Below are positions 10,637-19,600 of a stretch of 64,000 nt of DNA, one piece after another (position 1 is the first letter of the stretch; each line of letters starts with the position of its first letter). This DNA comes from an uncultured Mariniplasma sp. Lineage in GTDB: Bacteria > Bacillota_I > Bacilli_A > Acholeplasmatales > Acholeplasmataceae. The notes below the pieces were generated by a model. The model was not told where the DNA came from. It did no database searches and worked only from the letters and a program-made list of their open reading frames with translations. The stretch spans positions 5,100 through 69,099 of the forward strand of contig CAZKLF010000002.1 of assembly GCA_964553665.1 (NCBI GenBank). The letters run 5' to 3'. A program made the translations under genes and the position numbers.

Positions 10637-10872
10637 TTTGAATGCCTCCTTGTTTGACTTCATTTAATATACTCTGGTTTTACTATTTTATTGGTATATA
10701 AATGAAAAATGGTAAACCATGTGAAGAAAAATCTATCATATTACACTTAATTTTTTTATATCATAGCATAATAGGTGGGTTTTCGTGAGAAATAAGATAA
10801 TTTGTACTATTTATTTTGTCTTTGTATTTATTTGTATTATAATGAAGTTAAACTAGTAAGGGGGTTTTACCC

Positions 10873-11358
10873 ATGGGATTTTTTAAAAAAAGAAAGGCTC
10901 GCAAATTAGCAGAGCAACAAGCAGAAGAAGCTTTAGCAAGAAAAAAAGCTGAGCAAGCAAATGTTAAACCAGTGGTTAAGGTCAAAAAAGAAGTACCTGC
11001 AAAACCACAGCCAGTTGTAGAGAAAACTGTTAAGCAAGCAAAACCAACTCCAGCACCAAAAAAAGTAGTTGCTAAACCAAAAGTAGAAAAATCAAAACCA
11101 GCACCAAAAAAAATTGAGGACAAAAAAGAAGAAAAACCCGCGAAATATCATGTCTCTCAAAATAACAACGCAAAGAGTGAAAGACATAAAGATTGGCGCG
11201 TTAGAAAGCAAGGTTCTCAGAAGACAATTAAGTTTTTTGAAACTCAAAAAGAAGCTATTGAATATGCGGAGGATTTAGCTGAAACAGCTGGTTCATCAAT
11301 TGTAATACACAAAATGGATGGATCAATTAGAAAGCAAGATTATTCAAAAAAAGCATAG
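10873..11358 (+). CDS. DUF2188-domain protein with Lys/Pro/Ala-rich N-terminal extension
   Basis: C-terminal YHV...WRVRKQGSQKTIKFFETQKEAIEYA...IVIHKMDGSIR resembles DUF2188; low-complexity N-half. Confidence 0.75.
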   Translation: MGFFKKRKARKLAEQQAEEALARKKAEQANVKPVVKVKKEVPAKPQPVVEKTVKQAKPTPAPKKVVAKPKVEKSKPAPKKIEDKKEEKPAKYHVSQNNNAKSERHKDWRVRKQGSQKTIKFFETQKEAIEYAEDLAETAGSSIVIHKMDGSIRKQDYSKKA

Positions 11359-11385
11359 AAGTTAGTCACCTAACTTCTTTTTTTT
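11358..11385 (+). terminator. Intrinsic terminator
   Basis: GAAGTTAG-tcac-CTAACTTC plus T run. Confidence 0.8.
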
Positions 11386-11403
11386 GTAGGTTGATAGAGA
11401 AAA

Positions 11404-11460
11404 ATCGCAACTTAATGAGAAAAAATTGCAATTTATACGTATATTCAGTTATGATATGAT
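11404..11460 (+). promoter_or_regulatory. LytTR-type direct repeats plus extended -10
   Basis: ATCGCAACT (11404-12), 12-bp spacer, ATTGCAATT (11425-33); TG-a-TATGAT at 11452-60. Confidence 0.65.
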
Positions 11461-11480
11461 TGATAAGGCTTGGTGAAAAG

Positions 11481-11921
11481 ATGAAAATAAAAATAAATAG
11501 ACATCCAAAATATGGTGAAGCAGAGATATTAATTGATTGTGATAAAAATGATACATCTATTGATCAGTTAGTGCAAATAATTCAACAACCCACAATTGAT
11601 TTTAATGGAAAAAAAGAAGATAAGATGTTTGTTTTTAAGGCTGTAGAAGTGTTTTATGTTGAGAGTATTGATGATCAATGCTTTTTATATACTAGAGATG
11701 ATGTTTTTGATTGTAAATACCGTTTATACGAAGTTGAAAATAAAGATTCAGATTTTGTTCGAGTCAATAAAAACATTGTTGTGAACTATAAAAAAATCAA
11801 GTTTTTTAAATCAAGTTTTAATGGAAGACTGGATGCAACCTTAACCAATGGAGATAGAGTTGAAATATCTAGAACTTATGTACAGCATCTAAAAACATTA
11901 CTAGGAGGTAAGACGATATGA
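11481..11921 (+). CDS. Stand-alone LytTR DNA-binding regulator (no receiver domain)
   Basis: VFYVESID, RLYEVE, FVRVNKNIVVN, L.NGDRVEISRTY LytTR pattern; likely start ATG 11481. Confidence 0.9.
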   Translation: MKIKINRHPKYGEAEILIDCDKNDTSIDQLVQIIQQPTIDFNGKKEDKMFVFKAVEVFYVESIDDQCFLYTRDDVFDCKYRLYEVENKDSDFVRVNKNIVVNYKKIKFFKSSFNGRLDATLTNGDRVEISRTYVQHLKTLLGGKTI

Positions 11922-12343
11922 AAAATTATTTAAAACTTTATGCAATCATCTACGCTATCGTAAACCTTGCAGTATTTGTCTTGGCACTCGCAATTATGAG
12001 AAACTCAAATATCATTTTATCCATTAAAACTCTTTTTTGGGGTAGTATTATAATATCATTATTAATAGCGCTATCTATTAAGGTATTTAAAAAAACTTGG
12101 GGTAATGGTGTTTTAAATGTTATTTTAGGATATTTGATTATATTGCCAGCAACAGTTGTTTTAAGATCTATGTATGGAACTTTCTTGTTTAGACGAACGT
12201 TTGTTGTTTATTTACTCGGGTTAATCTACGCAGTGATTTATTCGCTCGTTATTCTCTATGCCTCACTTAGAAATAAAAAAGAAGAAGGCAAGTTAAATCA
12301 ACTATTAGAGCAACAAAAAGATCGTTCAGATAAATCATTGTAA
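11918..12343 (+). CDS. 4-TM membrane protein, probable LytTR inhibitor (DUF3021-like)
   Basis: ATGA overlap with LytTR gene; four TM; C-terminal KLNQLL typical of DUF3021-like partners. Confidence 0.7.
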   Translation: MKNYLKLYAIIYAIVNLAVFVLALAIMRNSNIILSIKTLFWGSIIISLLIALSIKVFKKTWGNGVLNVILGYLIILPATVVLRSMYGTFLFRRTFVVYLLGLIYAVIYSLVILYASLRNKKEEGKLNQLLEQQKDRSDKSL

Positions 12344-12471
12344 AAATGTAATTTTAATATCAATATATATAAAAAAGATGAGGTCACAAAATGATTTTTG
12401 TCTTTTTTTTAAGTTAAATTTTATTTCATTATATGTTAAAATATAAAGTATTAAAAGAGAGAGGTTCACCT

Positions 12472-13479
12472 ATGGGAAATACCCTTATTTTTGCATTAAA
12501 TGCCATATTACCTATCATACTACTTGTTTTATTAGGGTATTCATTAAAACGAATCAATTTTATTGATGATGGTTTTGTAAAAATATTAAATAAATATGTA
12601 TTTAGAATAGGGCTACCCATTTTACTTTTTTATAACATCTATTCTATAAATAGTCTTAATGATATTGATTGGTCTATCGTGTTATTTTCTGTTGTTGCTG
12701 TTTTACTTGTCTTTTTACTAGGATTAGTATTTGTTAGGGTAGCAATTAAAAATGCTGAACAAAAAGGGGTTATTTTACAAGGTATCTTTCGTTCAAACTT
12801 TGCTTTGATTGGTATTCCACTAGCTCAAGCATTAGGAGGACTTCAAGGATTAGTAGTTGTATCTATTATCTCTGTATTTGTTATTCCATTATTAAATGTA
12901 CTTTCGGTCATATCATTAACAGTTTTCTTAAAGAATGAAACTGGAGAACGCATAAGTATAATAAAACTCATAAAGGCAATTATCACAAACCCTCTGATTA
13001 TAGGTGTAGTCCTTGGACTTATTACCTTAGTTATCAGATCAATGATTCCTGTTGTGAATGGTGAACCAGTATTTTCAATAAAAAATGACTTGGTTTTTGG
13101 TTATACATTTATTAAAGCAATCAAAGAAACAGCATCACCTATGGCTTTGATTGCACTTGGTGGTCAATTTGAGTTTGCTATTGTTAAAACTTTAGCGAAA
13201 CAAATAGCTATTGGTGTGATATGGAGAATCGTCTTAATTCCTGCGATTGTATTAACATCTGCATACTTTCTTGCTTCAAGAATACCAGCTATTAGTGATT
13301 CATACCCAGCACTTATTGCTTTATTTGGATCTCCAATTGCTGTATCTAGTGCTATTATGGTCAATGAAATGGGCGGAGATAAGCAACTTGCTGCACAACT
13401 AGTTGTTTGGTCTACGATCTGTTCGATTGTAACTATTTTCTTTACAATTGTAATCATGAAATCAATTGGAGCAATTTAA
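12472..13479 (+). CDS. AEC (auxin efflux carrier/malate permease) family transporter
   Basis: about 10 TM; LNKYVFRIGLP, SNFALIGIP, PMALIALG, SPIAVSS; GAGGT RBS before ATG 12472. Confidence 0.9.
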   Translation: MGNTLIFALNAILPIILLVLLGYSLKRINFIDDGFVKILNKYVFRIGLPILLFYNIYSINSLNDIDWSIVLFSVVAVLLVFLLGLVFVRVAIKNAEQKGVILQGIFRSNFALIGIPLAQALGGLQGLVVVSIISVFVIPLLNVLSVISLTVFLKNETGERISIIKLIKAIITNPLIIGVVLGLITLVIRSMIPVVNGEPVFSIKNDLVFGYTFIKAIKETASPMALIALGGQFEFAIVKTLAKQIAIGVIWRIVLIPAIVLTSAYFLASRIPAISDSYPALIALFGSPIAVSSAIMVNEMGGDKQLAAQLVVWSTICSIVTIFFTIVIMKSIGAI

Positions 13480-13859
13480 ATTATATATTAAAAATTCTAA
13501 AGACAATTCATCTTTAGGATTTTTTATTTGTTTGAACATGTTCAATCTTATTGAATGATTCTACCCTATAACCCTCATTTTAAGGGTTTATTCTTGGCGT
13601 AAGAGCTTTTCTCTATCATATAGCACCCAATTTAGAGATAGAAATTATGTCTGCTTAGAAACGCCGTGTGGGGTATTTTCATATCCTTACTACACGCAAT
13701 CAATTTGTTCTAATTTCGTGATATCATTTCTACGGAGACTTATAAATTAAATTGACAAATCTATCATAAAATATGTTTTGTAAGGTGTAAATAATCAACT
13801 TTAATATGCATACAATTTGAAGATTTTATGATACAATAATTGTTAAAGGATGTGTAAAA

Positions 13860-14489
13860 ATGATTAAGATACTTTTTGTTTGCCACGCGAATAAATCTAG
13901 ATCACCAATGGCTGAAGGTATATTTAAAAAAATGGTTGAAGATGACGGTCTATCTGAATTTTTTTTGATTGATTCAAAAGCCGACTCCACTGAAGAAATA
14001 GGAAGTAAACCTGCCCCTGAAACAATTAAGAGACTTGAAAGTATTGGAGCTTCTTGGGAAGGTATGATTGCTGAAAAGATTAAACAAAAAGATTATCGTA
14101 ATTTTGACTTTATTATCTGTATGGATGATAAAAATGAAAACTATCTTAAGAAACATGCAGGCATTTACCGGGATAAAATTTATTTAGCTTTAGATATTAA
14201 CCTAGAAACAAAAGGACAAAATATTCCCGATCCCTATTTTACTGGAGATTATGATGAGTCATTTAATTTTTTAATGAAATCATTAGAGCAATGGTTGACG
14301 ATGTTTAAAATCAATAAATTAAGCAAAGGTATCGATGTGGAAGACTATAGAATAGCAACTATACCCTTGTTTCTAAGTAATATCGGTTGGTATGGATGGG
14401 ACATAGATTCAAAGCAATATGAATTAACAGATTTGGCAACTAATGAAGCTAGATTAAGTTATAATGCGTATTATGAAGAAGAATCATGA
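13860..14489 (+). CDS. Low-molecular-weight protein tyrosine phosphatase with C-terminal extension
   Basis: ILFVCHANKSRSPMAE (CX5R-S), IICMD, IPDPYF general acid Asp. Confidence 0.85.
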   Translation: MIKILFVCHANKSRSPMAEGIFKKMVEDDGLSEFFLIDSKADSTEEIGSKPAPETIKRLESIGASWEGMIAEKIKQKDYRNFDFIICMDDKNENYLKKHAGIYRDKIYLALDINLETKGQNIPDPYFTGDYDESFNFLMKSLEQWLTMFKINKLSKGIDVEDYRIATIPLFLSNIGWYGWDIDSKQYELTDLATNEARLSYNAYYEEES

Positions 14490-14515
14490 TTAAAGAAAAA
14501 CACATTCGTTTGTAG

Positions 14516-14545
14516 TTGACTTTTTAGTAGATAAACAGTTATAAT
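14516..14545 (+). promoter_or_regulatory. Sigma-A promoter for tRNA-Cys
   Basis: TTGACT-18 bp-TATAAT. Confidence 0.65.
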
Positions 14546-14561
14546 AATAAGGCATGTTTAT

Positions 14562-14635
14562 GGCCTCATAGCCAAGTGGTAAGGCAAGGCACTGCAACTG
14601 CCTGACCATCGGTTCAAATCCGTTTGAGGCCTCCA
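14562..14635 (+). tRNA. tRNA-Cys(GCA)
   Basis: GGCCTCA/TGAGGCC acceptor stem, U73, encoded CCA, AGGCA-CT GCA AC-TGCCT anticodon arm, GGTTCAAATCC T-arm; 74 nt. Confidence 0.97.
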
Positions 14636-14646
14636 TATAACAATGC

Positions 14647-14680
14647 AACACTCAATCATCTGGTTGAGTGTTTTCTTTTT
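14647..14680 (+). terminator. Terminator after tRNA-Cys
   Basis: AACACTCAA-tcatctgg-TTGAGTGTT plus T run. Confidence 0.85.
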
Positions 14681-14845
14681 AAGAAATCAATTCGTTAGTA
14701 AACAATAAAAAAAATATGACATAAACAATTCAATGATGTATCAAAAAGACTCTCTAATGAGATTTCAATTTCCTTTTATAAGGCTTTTGCTATATAATAG
14801 AGGTATCAATTTGATATAAATTAAAATTAAAAATAGGAGAAAAAA

Positions 14846-15748
14846 ATGGAAAAAACAGATTATAAAATTGCATTAATGATTGATTCGGAGAATGTGTCAT
14901 ACAAATATATTAAATCAGTCATGAATGAGATTGCTAAATATGGGAAGATAGTCATTGCTAGATTTTATGGGGATATATATAATCTTTCGAAAGATTGGCA
15001 CAAAACAGCGCAAGATTATGCAATTAAACCAGTTCATCAATACAACGTAGCTATTGGGAAGAATGCTGCAGATATGGCTATGGCCCTTGATGCTCAGGAA
15101 ATGATGTATCAAGAAAAGGTTAATACTTTCTTTTTAGTAACGAGTGATAGCGATTTTACACCACTTGCTATGAAATTAAAAGAAGGCGGCATGCATGTTA
15201 TTGGAGTAGGTAATGAAAAAAAGGTTACATCAGCATTTAAATCGGCATGCAATGAGTTCAAGTACTTTGAATATTTGGATGATGAAGATAGCAATGAAAA
15301 AGAAGATAATTCAGTTATTGAAAGTCAAGAAATAGGGAATAGTATTAAAAATATTATTATTGAAAACGGTGTAGATAATAAGATTCAATTAAGTAGATTA
15401 GGTGATATTCTTGTCAATCGTTTTTCAGATTTTGATTCACGAAAGTATGGCGCTAAAAGTCTATCTAGTTTAGTAACAACAATCAGTGGATTATCCATCT
15501 CACTTGAAAAGACAACTACGTATGTTACTTTGAATTCGAAAATCTCGATGAATGATGTTTCTAAAACAATAACATCAATCATCTTAAAAAACAAAAGTAA
15601 GGAAATGATGCTTACAAAAATTAAACAAGAGTTAGAAAAAATATTTCCAGATTTTAATTATCAAGAGCTAGGTTTTACGCGCTTTAGTAAGCTTGTTGGA
15701 AGTATTGACTCTGTAACTGTTAAAAATAATGCAGCAAAGATTAAATAA
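14846..15748 (+). CDS. NYN-domain ribonuclease with two OST-HTH/LOTUS domains
   Basis: IALMIDSENV, GKNAADMAMALDA, TSDSDFTPLAMKLKEGG NYN acidic motifs; FSDFDSRKYGAKSLSSLV and FPDFNYQELGFTRFSKLV LOTUS repeats. Confidence 0.9.
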   Translation: MEKTDYKIALMIDSENVSYKYIKSVMNEIAKYGKIVIARFYGDIYNLSKDWHKTAQDYAIKPVHQYNVAIGKNAADMAMALDAQEMMYQEKVNTFFLVTSDSDFTPLAMKLKEGGMHVIGVGNEKKVTSAFKSACNEFKYFEYLDDEDSNEKEDNSVIESQEIGNSIKNIIIENGVDNKIQLSRLGDILVNRFSDFDSRKYGAKSLSSLVTTISGLSISLEKTTTYVTLNSKISMNDVSKTITSIILKNKSKEMMLTKIKQELEKIFPDFNYQELGFTRFSKLVGSIDSVTVKNNAAKIK

Positions 15749-16083
15749 TGAAGACGTTTGATATAAAATCAGATATGCCGTTAGTTTCTGTTGCAGGAAC
15801 AAGACTTGCTAATATTATTAGATCATGCAATGGGAAAGATAAGGTCATTAAGATTATCCATGGATATGGATCATCTGGGACTGGTGGTTCAATTAAGAAA
15901 TCCGTTCATGCTTCATTAAGAACTAGAGTTAGACAAGGAACAATTAAGGCATATATACCAGGTGAAGCATTTGCACAACCTATGGGATTTGATGAGATTA
16001 TTCACACATATAGCAATCTTCTTAAGTCAGATTCAGATTATAGGAAAGCTAATGATGGTATCACATATATAATATTAAAATAA
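15748..16083 (+). CDS. Stand-alone Smr (small MutS-related) domain protein
   Basis: DIKSDMP...VIKIIHGYGSSGTGG...N.GITYIIL Smr-like pattern; TAATG coupling to NYN gene. Confidence 0.8.
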   Translation: MKTFDIKSDMPLVSVAGTRLANIIRSCNGKDKVIKIIHGYGSSGTGGSIKKSVHASLRTRVRQGTIKAYIPGEAFAQPMGFDEIIHTYSNLLKSDSDYRKANDGITYIILK

Positions 16084-16099
16084 AAGGAAGAACTACTTT

Positions 16100-16558
16100 A
16101 TGAAAAAAGAACTTGGATATAAATCTATATCTGAAATTGTTGCAACTATCGTCATTCTAATCATATCAATTGTAACGGCAATCTATATTTTAATTTATTA
16201 TGATTTTTCGTTGATTTTGATTGATAGGGCAATACTGGTTATATTAGTGGTTATTGTTTTAATTATTGTTGTATCAGTTATGCAGTTGCTTCTGCTTAAT
16301 TCAAATCCGAAAATCATGATTGAATATGATGATTTGAATATCTATTATTATAAAGGTAATCGGTCTTCAAAAATAATTGCATTCGCTGATATCCAAAATA
16401 TTTATACAAAAACAAGTATTTGGACGAAACCTTTCGTAGTATATACCGCAATTGTTATTGTTACACAAAATGAAACGTATTATTTAAGACATATGACAAA
16501 AATGAATGAAGTACAAGAATTTATTCAAAATATAGCATATCATGAAGATCAGAAGTAG
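16100..16558 (+). CDS. 2-TM membrane protein with cytoplasmic beta-rich (PH-like) domain
   Basis: Two long hydrophobic segments then IAFADIQNI...IVIVT..ETYYL; AAGGAAG RBS. Confidence 0.7.
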   Translation: MKKELGYKSISEIVATIVILIISIVTAIYILIYYDFSLILIDRAILVILVVIVLIIVVSVMQLLLLNSNPKIMIEYDDLNIYYYKGNRSSKIIAFADIQNIYTKTSIWTKPFVVYTAIVIVTQNETYYLRHMTKMNEVQEFIQNIAYHEDQK

Positions 16559-16576
16559 GCCTAGCCTACTTTTTTT
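16553..16576 (+). terminator. Terminator ending NYN-Smr-membrane operon
   Basis: AAGTAGGC-cta-GCCTACTT plus T run. Confidence 0.8.
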
Positions 16577-16580
16577 GTAT

Positions 16581-16612
16581 AAAAAAAAGCCTTCTAATTA
16601 TTTTAGAAGGCT
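16581..16612 (-). terminator. Terminator for P-type ATPase
   Basis: AGCCTTCTAA-ttatt-TTAGAAGGCT preceded by A8 on + strand. Confidence 0.8.
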
Positions 16613-16622
16613 CATTTATTAT

Positions 16623-19289
16623 TTATTTTTTGAAAACTTTAGTTAGTTCAACAATTAACAATGGCAATAGAACAAGTACTAAGATAATTATCCATTGTAC
16701 CAACGAAGGCATAATGATTTTGAAGATATCCCTTGCAAATGGTAAACAAACGACGAGTAATTGTAAAGTAATACTGACAATAAGGGCATAAATAATATAT
16801 TTATTTCTAGCGAGTTTAAATGTAGAGCGTTTTTGACTTCTTACATTGAATGCATGAACTAATTGTGATAAAGCTAAGACGATAAAGGTCATTGTCTGTG
16901 CTGTAATCATTTTCATTGATACATCTGATGTCATAAACCAACCAATGATATAAGCGGTGAAAGCAATTAAACCTAGCATCGCACCTTGCCATGCTATTTT
17001 TTTACCTAATCCATCAGCAAATATTGATTGATTGCTATTTCTTGGTTTTTCTTTCATAATATCTTTTTCTTTAGGATCTAAACCAAGTGCAATTGCCATT
17101 AATGAATCTGTAACAAGATTGACCCAAAGAATTTGAACAGCAGTTAGGGTTGTAACTCGAGTACTAAAGATTAATATACCAATGGTTGTTCCTAAGAATA
17201 TAACAAGAATTTCACCAATGTTACAGGAAAGAAGGAAATGAATAGCCTTTTTAATGTTAGAGAAGATTGTTCGCCCTTCGCTAACAGCATTGACTATTGT
17301 TGAAAAGTTATCATCAGTTAGAATCATATCAGCTGCTCCTTTAGCAACTTCGGTGCCAGTAATACCCATAGCAATTCCAATATCAGCTTTTTTAATTGAT
17401 GGTGCATCATTAACACCATCACCTGTCATTGCAACAACATGCCCTGATTTTCGCCAAATATCTACGATGCGAACCTTATTTTCTGGGCTTACCCTTGCAT
17501 AAACGCGAATTTTATCATATTTTTCTAAGAATTCTTCATCATTCATTTGATCTAGATCATGACCAGTAATTGCTAAGTCGTCTGATTTAAGTATTGCTAA
17601 ATCCTTAGCTATTGCAACTGCAGTATTGATGTGATCGCCAGTAATCATGATTGTTTTAATACCTGCTTGATCGCATAAAGCAATAGAATCTTTAACCTCG
17701 GGTCTTGCTGGGTCAATCATGCCAACTAGTCCAAGTAGTGTTACATCATGTTCTAACTCAAGATTACCAAGTGATTTTAACTCGATATTCGAGTCGATTT
17801 TTTTATATGCAACAGCTAAAACTCTAAGTGCTTGATTTGACATGTCTTGATTTGCTTTATCAAATTCACTAACATTTTTATTTGGTGAATTGTGAATGGC
17901 AGTCACTCTTTTAAATAAAACATCTGGAGCGCCCTTAATGATTGCGTATCTACCATCCTCAAAATCATGAACTGTTGTCATTAGCTTTCTTTCTGAATCA
18001 AAAGGTAATTCGTAGATTCTAGGGTATTTCTTTATGATATCAATTGGATTTTGTTTGATTGCTATTGATAAATCAGTGAAAGCAATTTCTGTAGGATCTC
18101 CTATTTTAATGTATTGACTATCTTTATATTGCAATTTAGTATCATTACATAAGGAACCATAGATACCTAACTTATTAAGAGCTGTGTTTTCTTCTATATT
18201 CGAATTAATGTCAATGAAACCACCATGTAAAAATACTTTTTTTACGGTCATTAGATTTTGAGTTAAAGTGCCTGTTTTATCTGAGCAAATAATACTTGTT
18301 GAACCTAATGTTTCAACAGCGGGGAGTGTTCTAATAATTGCTTGTTGTTTGACAAGATTTTGCATACCTAAGGCTAGTACGATAGTGATAATTGCTGGTA
18401 GACCTTCTGGAATGGCTGCAACCGCTAATGCAATTGAGGTTAATAAAGCTTCCTTCCATACTTCAAAGTCTGCACCACCACTAAATAGATAAGCTTCAAT
18501 AATTGTAATTAAAAATATAATAAGTGTAATGCCAAGTGCAATAAGAGCTAGGAGTTTACCTAGTTGACTCATGCTTTTTTGTAATGGTGTGAGTTCATCT
18601 TTTGTTTCATTAAGCATGGTCGCAATCTTACCGAGTTCGGTTTGCATACCTATTGAGATAATAACAGCAACGCCTCTACCATAAGTGACTACGGTTCCCA
18701 TAAAACCTAAGTTGATCCGATCGCCTAATGGAATATCAGATTCAACAAGTGAATCACTTGTTTTATATATGGGGGCTGCTTCACCTGTTAAAGTTGATTC
18801 GTCAATCTTTAGATTGATAGATTCTATAATCCTAACATCTGCAGGCACATAATCTCCTGCATCAAGAATTACAACATCACCAACAACTAAGTGTTTGACA
18901 TCTATCACAATATCTATGCCATCTCTTTTTACCTTTGCATGAGGAGATGACATCGCTTTAATAGAAGCAAGTGCTTTTTCTGCTTTAGATTCTTGAAATA
19001 ATCCCAAAAATGCATTTAATATAACGATGCCAATGATTAAAAAACCTTCAGCATAATCTCCCGTAACGAAAGATAAAACTGATGCACCGATTAAAACAAT
19101 AATCATAAAATCCTTAATTTGATCAATAAATTTTGAAAAAAGAGATTTTCCTTTAGCTTCATCTAATTGATTAGGGCCATGTGATAATAATCTACTTTCA
19201 GCTTCTATTACAGATAAGCCTTGCTCTATATTTGTTGAAACTAAAGATTCTATTTCCTTAACTGATAATTGATGCTTTTCTTTTTTCAT
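16623..19289 (-). CDS. Cation-transporting P-type ATPase (Ca2+-type, P2A-like)
   Basis: TGE, PEGL, CSDKTGTLT phosphorylation motif, KGAP, GDGVNDAP, NLVTD. Confidence 0.95.
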   Translation of the reverse strand: MKKEKHQLSVKEIESLVSTNIEQGLSVIEAESRLLSHGPNQLDEAKGKSLFSKFIDQIKDFMIIVLIGASVLSFVTGDYAEGFLIIGIVILNAFLGLFQESKAEKALASIKAMSSPHAKVKRDGIDIVIDVKHLVVGDVVILDAGDYVPADVRIIESINLKIDESTLTGEAAPIYKTSDSLVESDIPLGDRINLGFMGTVVTYGRGVAVIISIGMQTELGKIATMLNETKDELTPLQKSMSQLGKLLALIALGITLIIFLITIIEAYLFSGGADFEVWKEALLTSIALAVAAIPEGLPAIITIVLALGMQNLVKQQAIIRTLPAVETLGSTSIICSDKTGTLTQNLMTVKKVFLHGGFIDINSNIEENTALNKLGIYGSLCNDTKLQYKDSQYIKIGDPTEIAFTDLSIAIKQNPIDIIKKYPRIYELPFDSERKLMTTVHDFEDGRYAIIKGAPDVLFKRVTAIHNSPNKNVSEFDKANQDMSNQALRVLAVAYKKIDSNIELKSLGNLELEHDVTLLGLVGMIDPARPEVKDSIALCDQAGIKTIMITGDHINTAVAIAKDLAILKSDDLAITGHDLDQMNDEEFLEKYDKIRVYARVSPENKVRIVDIWRKSGHVVAMTGDGVNDAPSIKKADIGIAMGITGTEVAKGAADMILTDDNFSTIVNAVSEGRTIFSNIKKAIHFLLSCNIGEILVIFLGTTIGILIFSTRVTTLTAVQILWVNLVTDSLMAIALGLDPKEKDIMKEKPRNSNQSIFADGLGKKIAWQGAMLGLIAFTAYIIGWFMTSDVSMKMITAQTMTFIVLALSQLVHAFNVRSQKRSTFKLARNKYIIYALIVSITLQLLVVCLPFARDIFKIIMPSLVQWIIILVLVLLPLLIVELTKVFKK

Positions 19290-19600
19290 ATAATACCTCT
19301 AATTCTAATTATGATTGATACTGATTTATTGTATCACGAAACCAATTGACAGACAAGATGATAACCTTGAAAAATCATAGTATCGACTCATAAGATTTAA
19401 GGAATATTTTCTATAAATATATATTTACTTTTATAACAGTTGAGAATAAAATTAAAAAAACAAGAAAACTAAAGTTAATTATTTTTTTAGAAAACGTTAT
19501 CACAAAAAAAATGGAGTCATATATGTTGACTTAATACAATTCTATCGAAAAAATGATATAATGTGAATGCACATAACGATACGATAAAAAGGAGTTACAT

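Noticed and set aside
13531-13544. TTGAACATGTTCAA as a LexA box
   Set aside because: Firmicute SOS box is GAAC-N4-GTTC; here the spacing is N2
19485-19505. Rex operator upstream of the hydrogenase operon
   Set aside because: Only one half-site (TTGTGA on the minus strand) fits; the cre-like reading fits better
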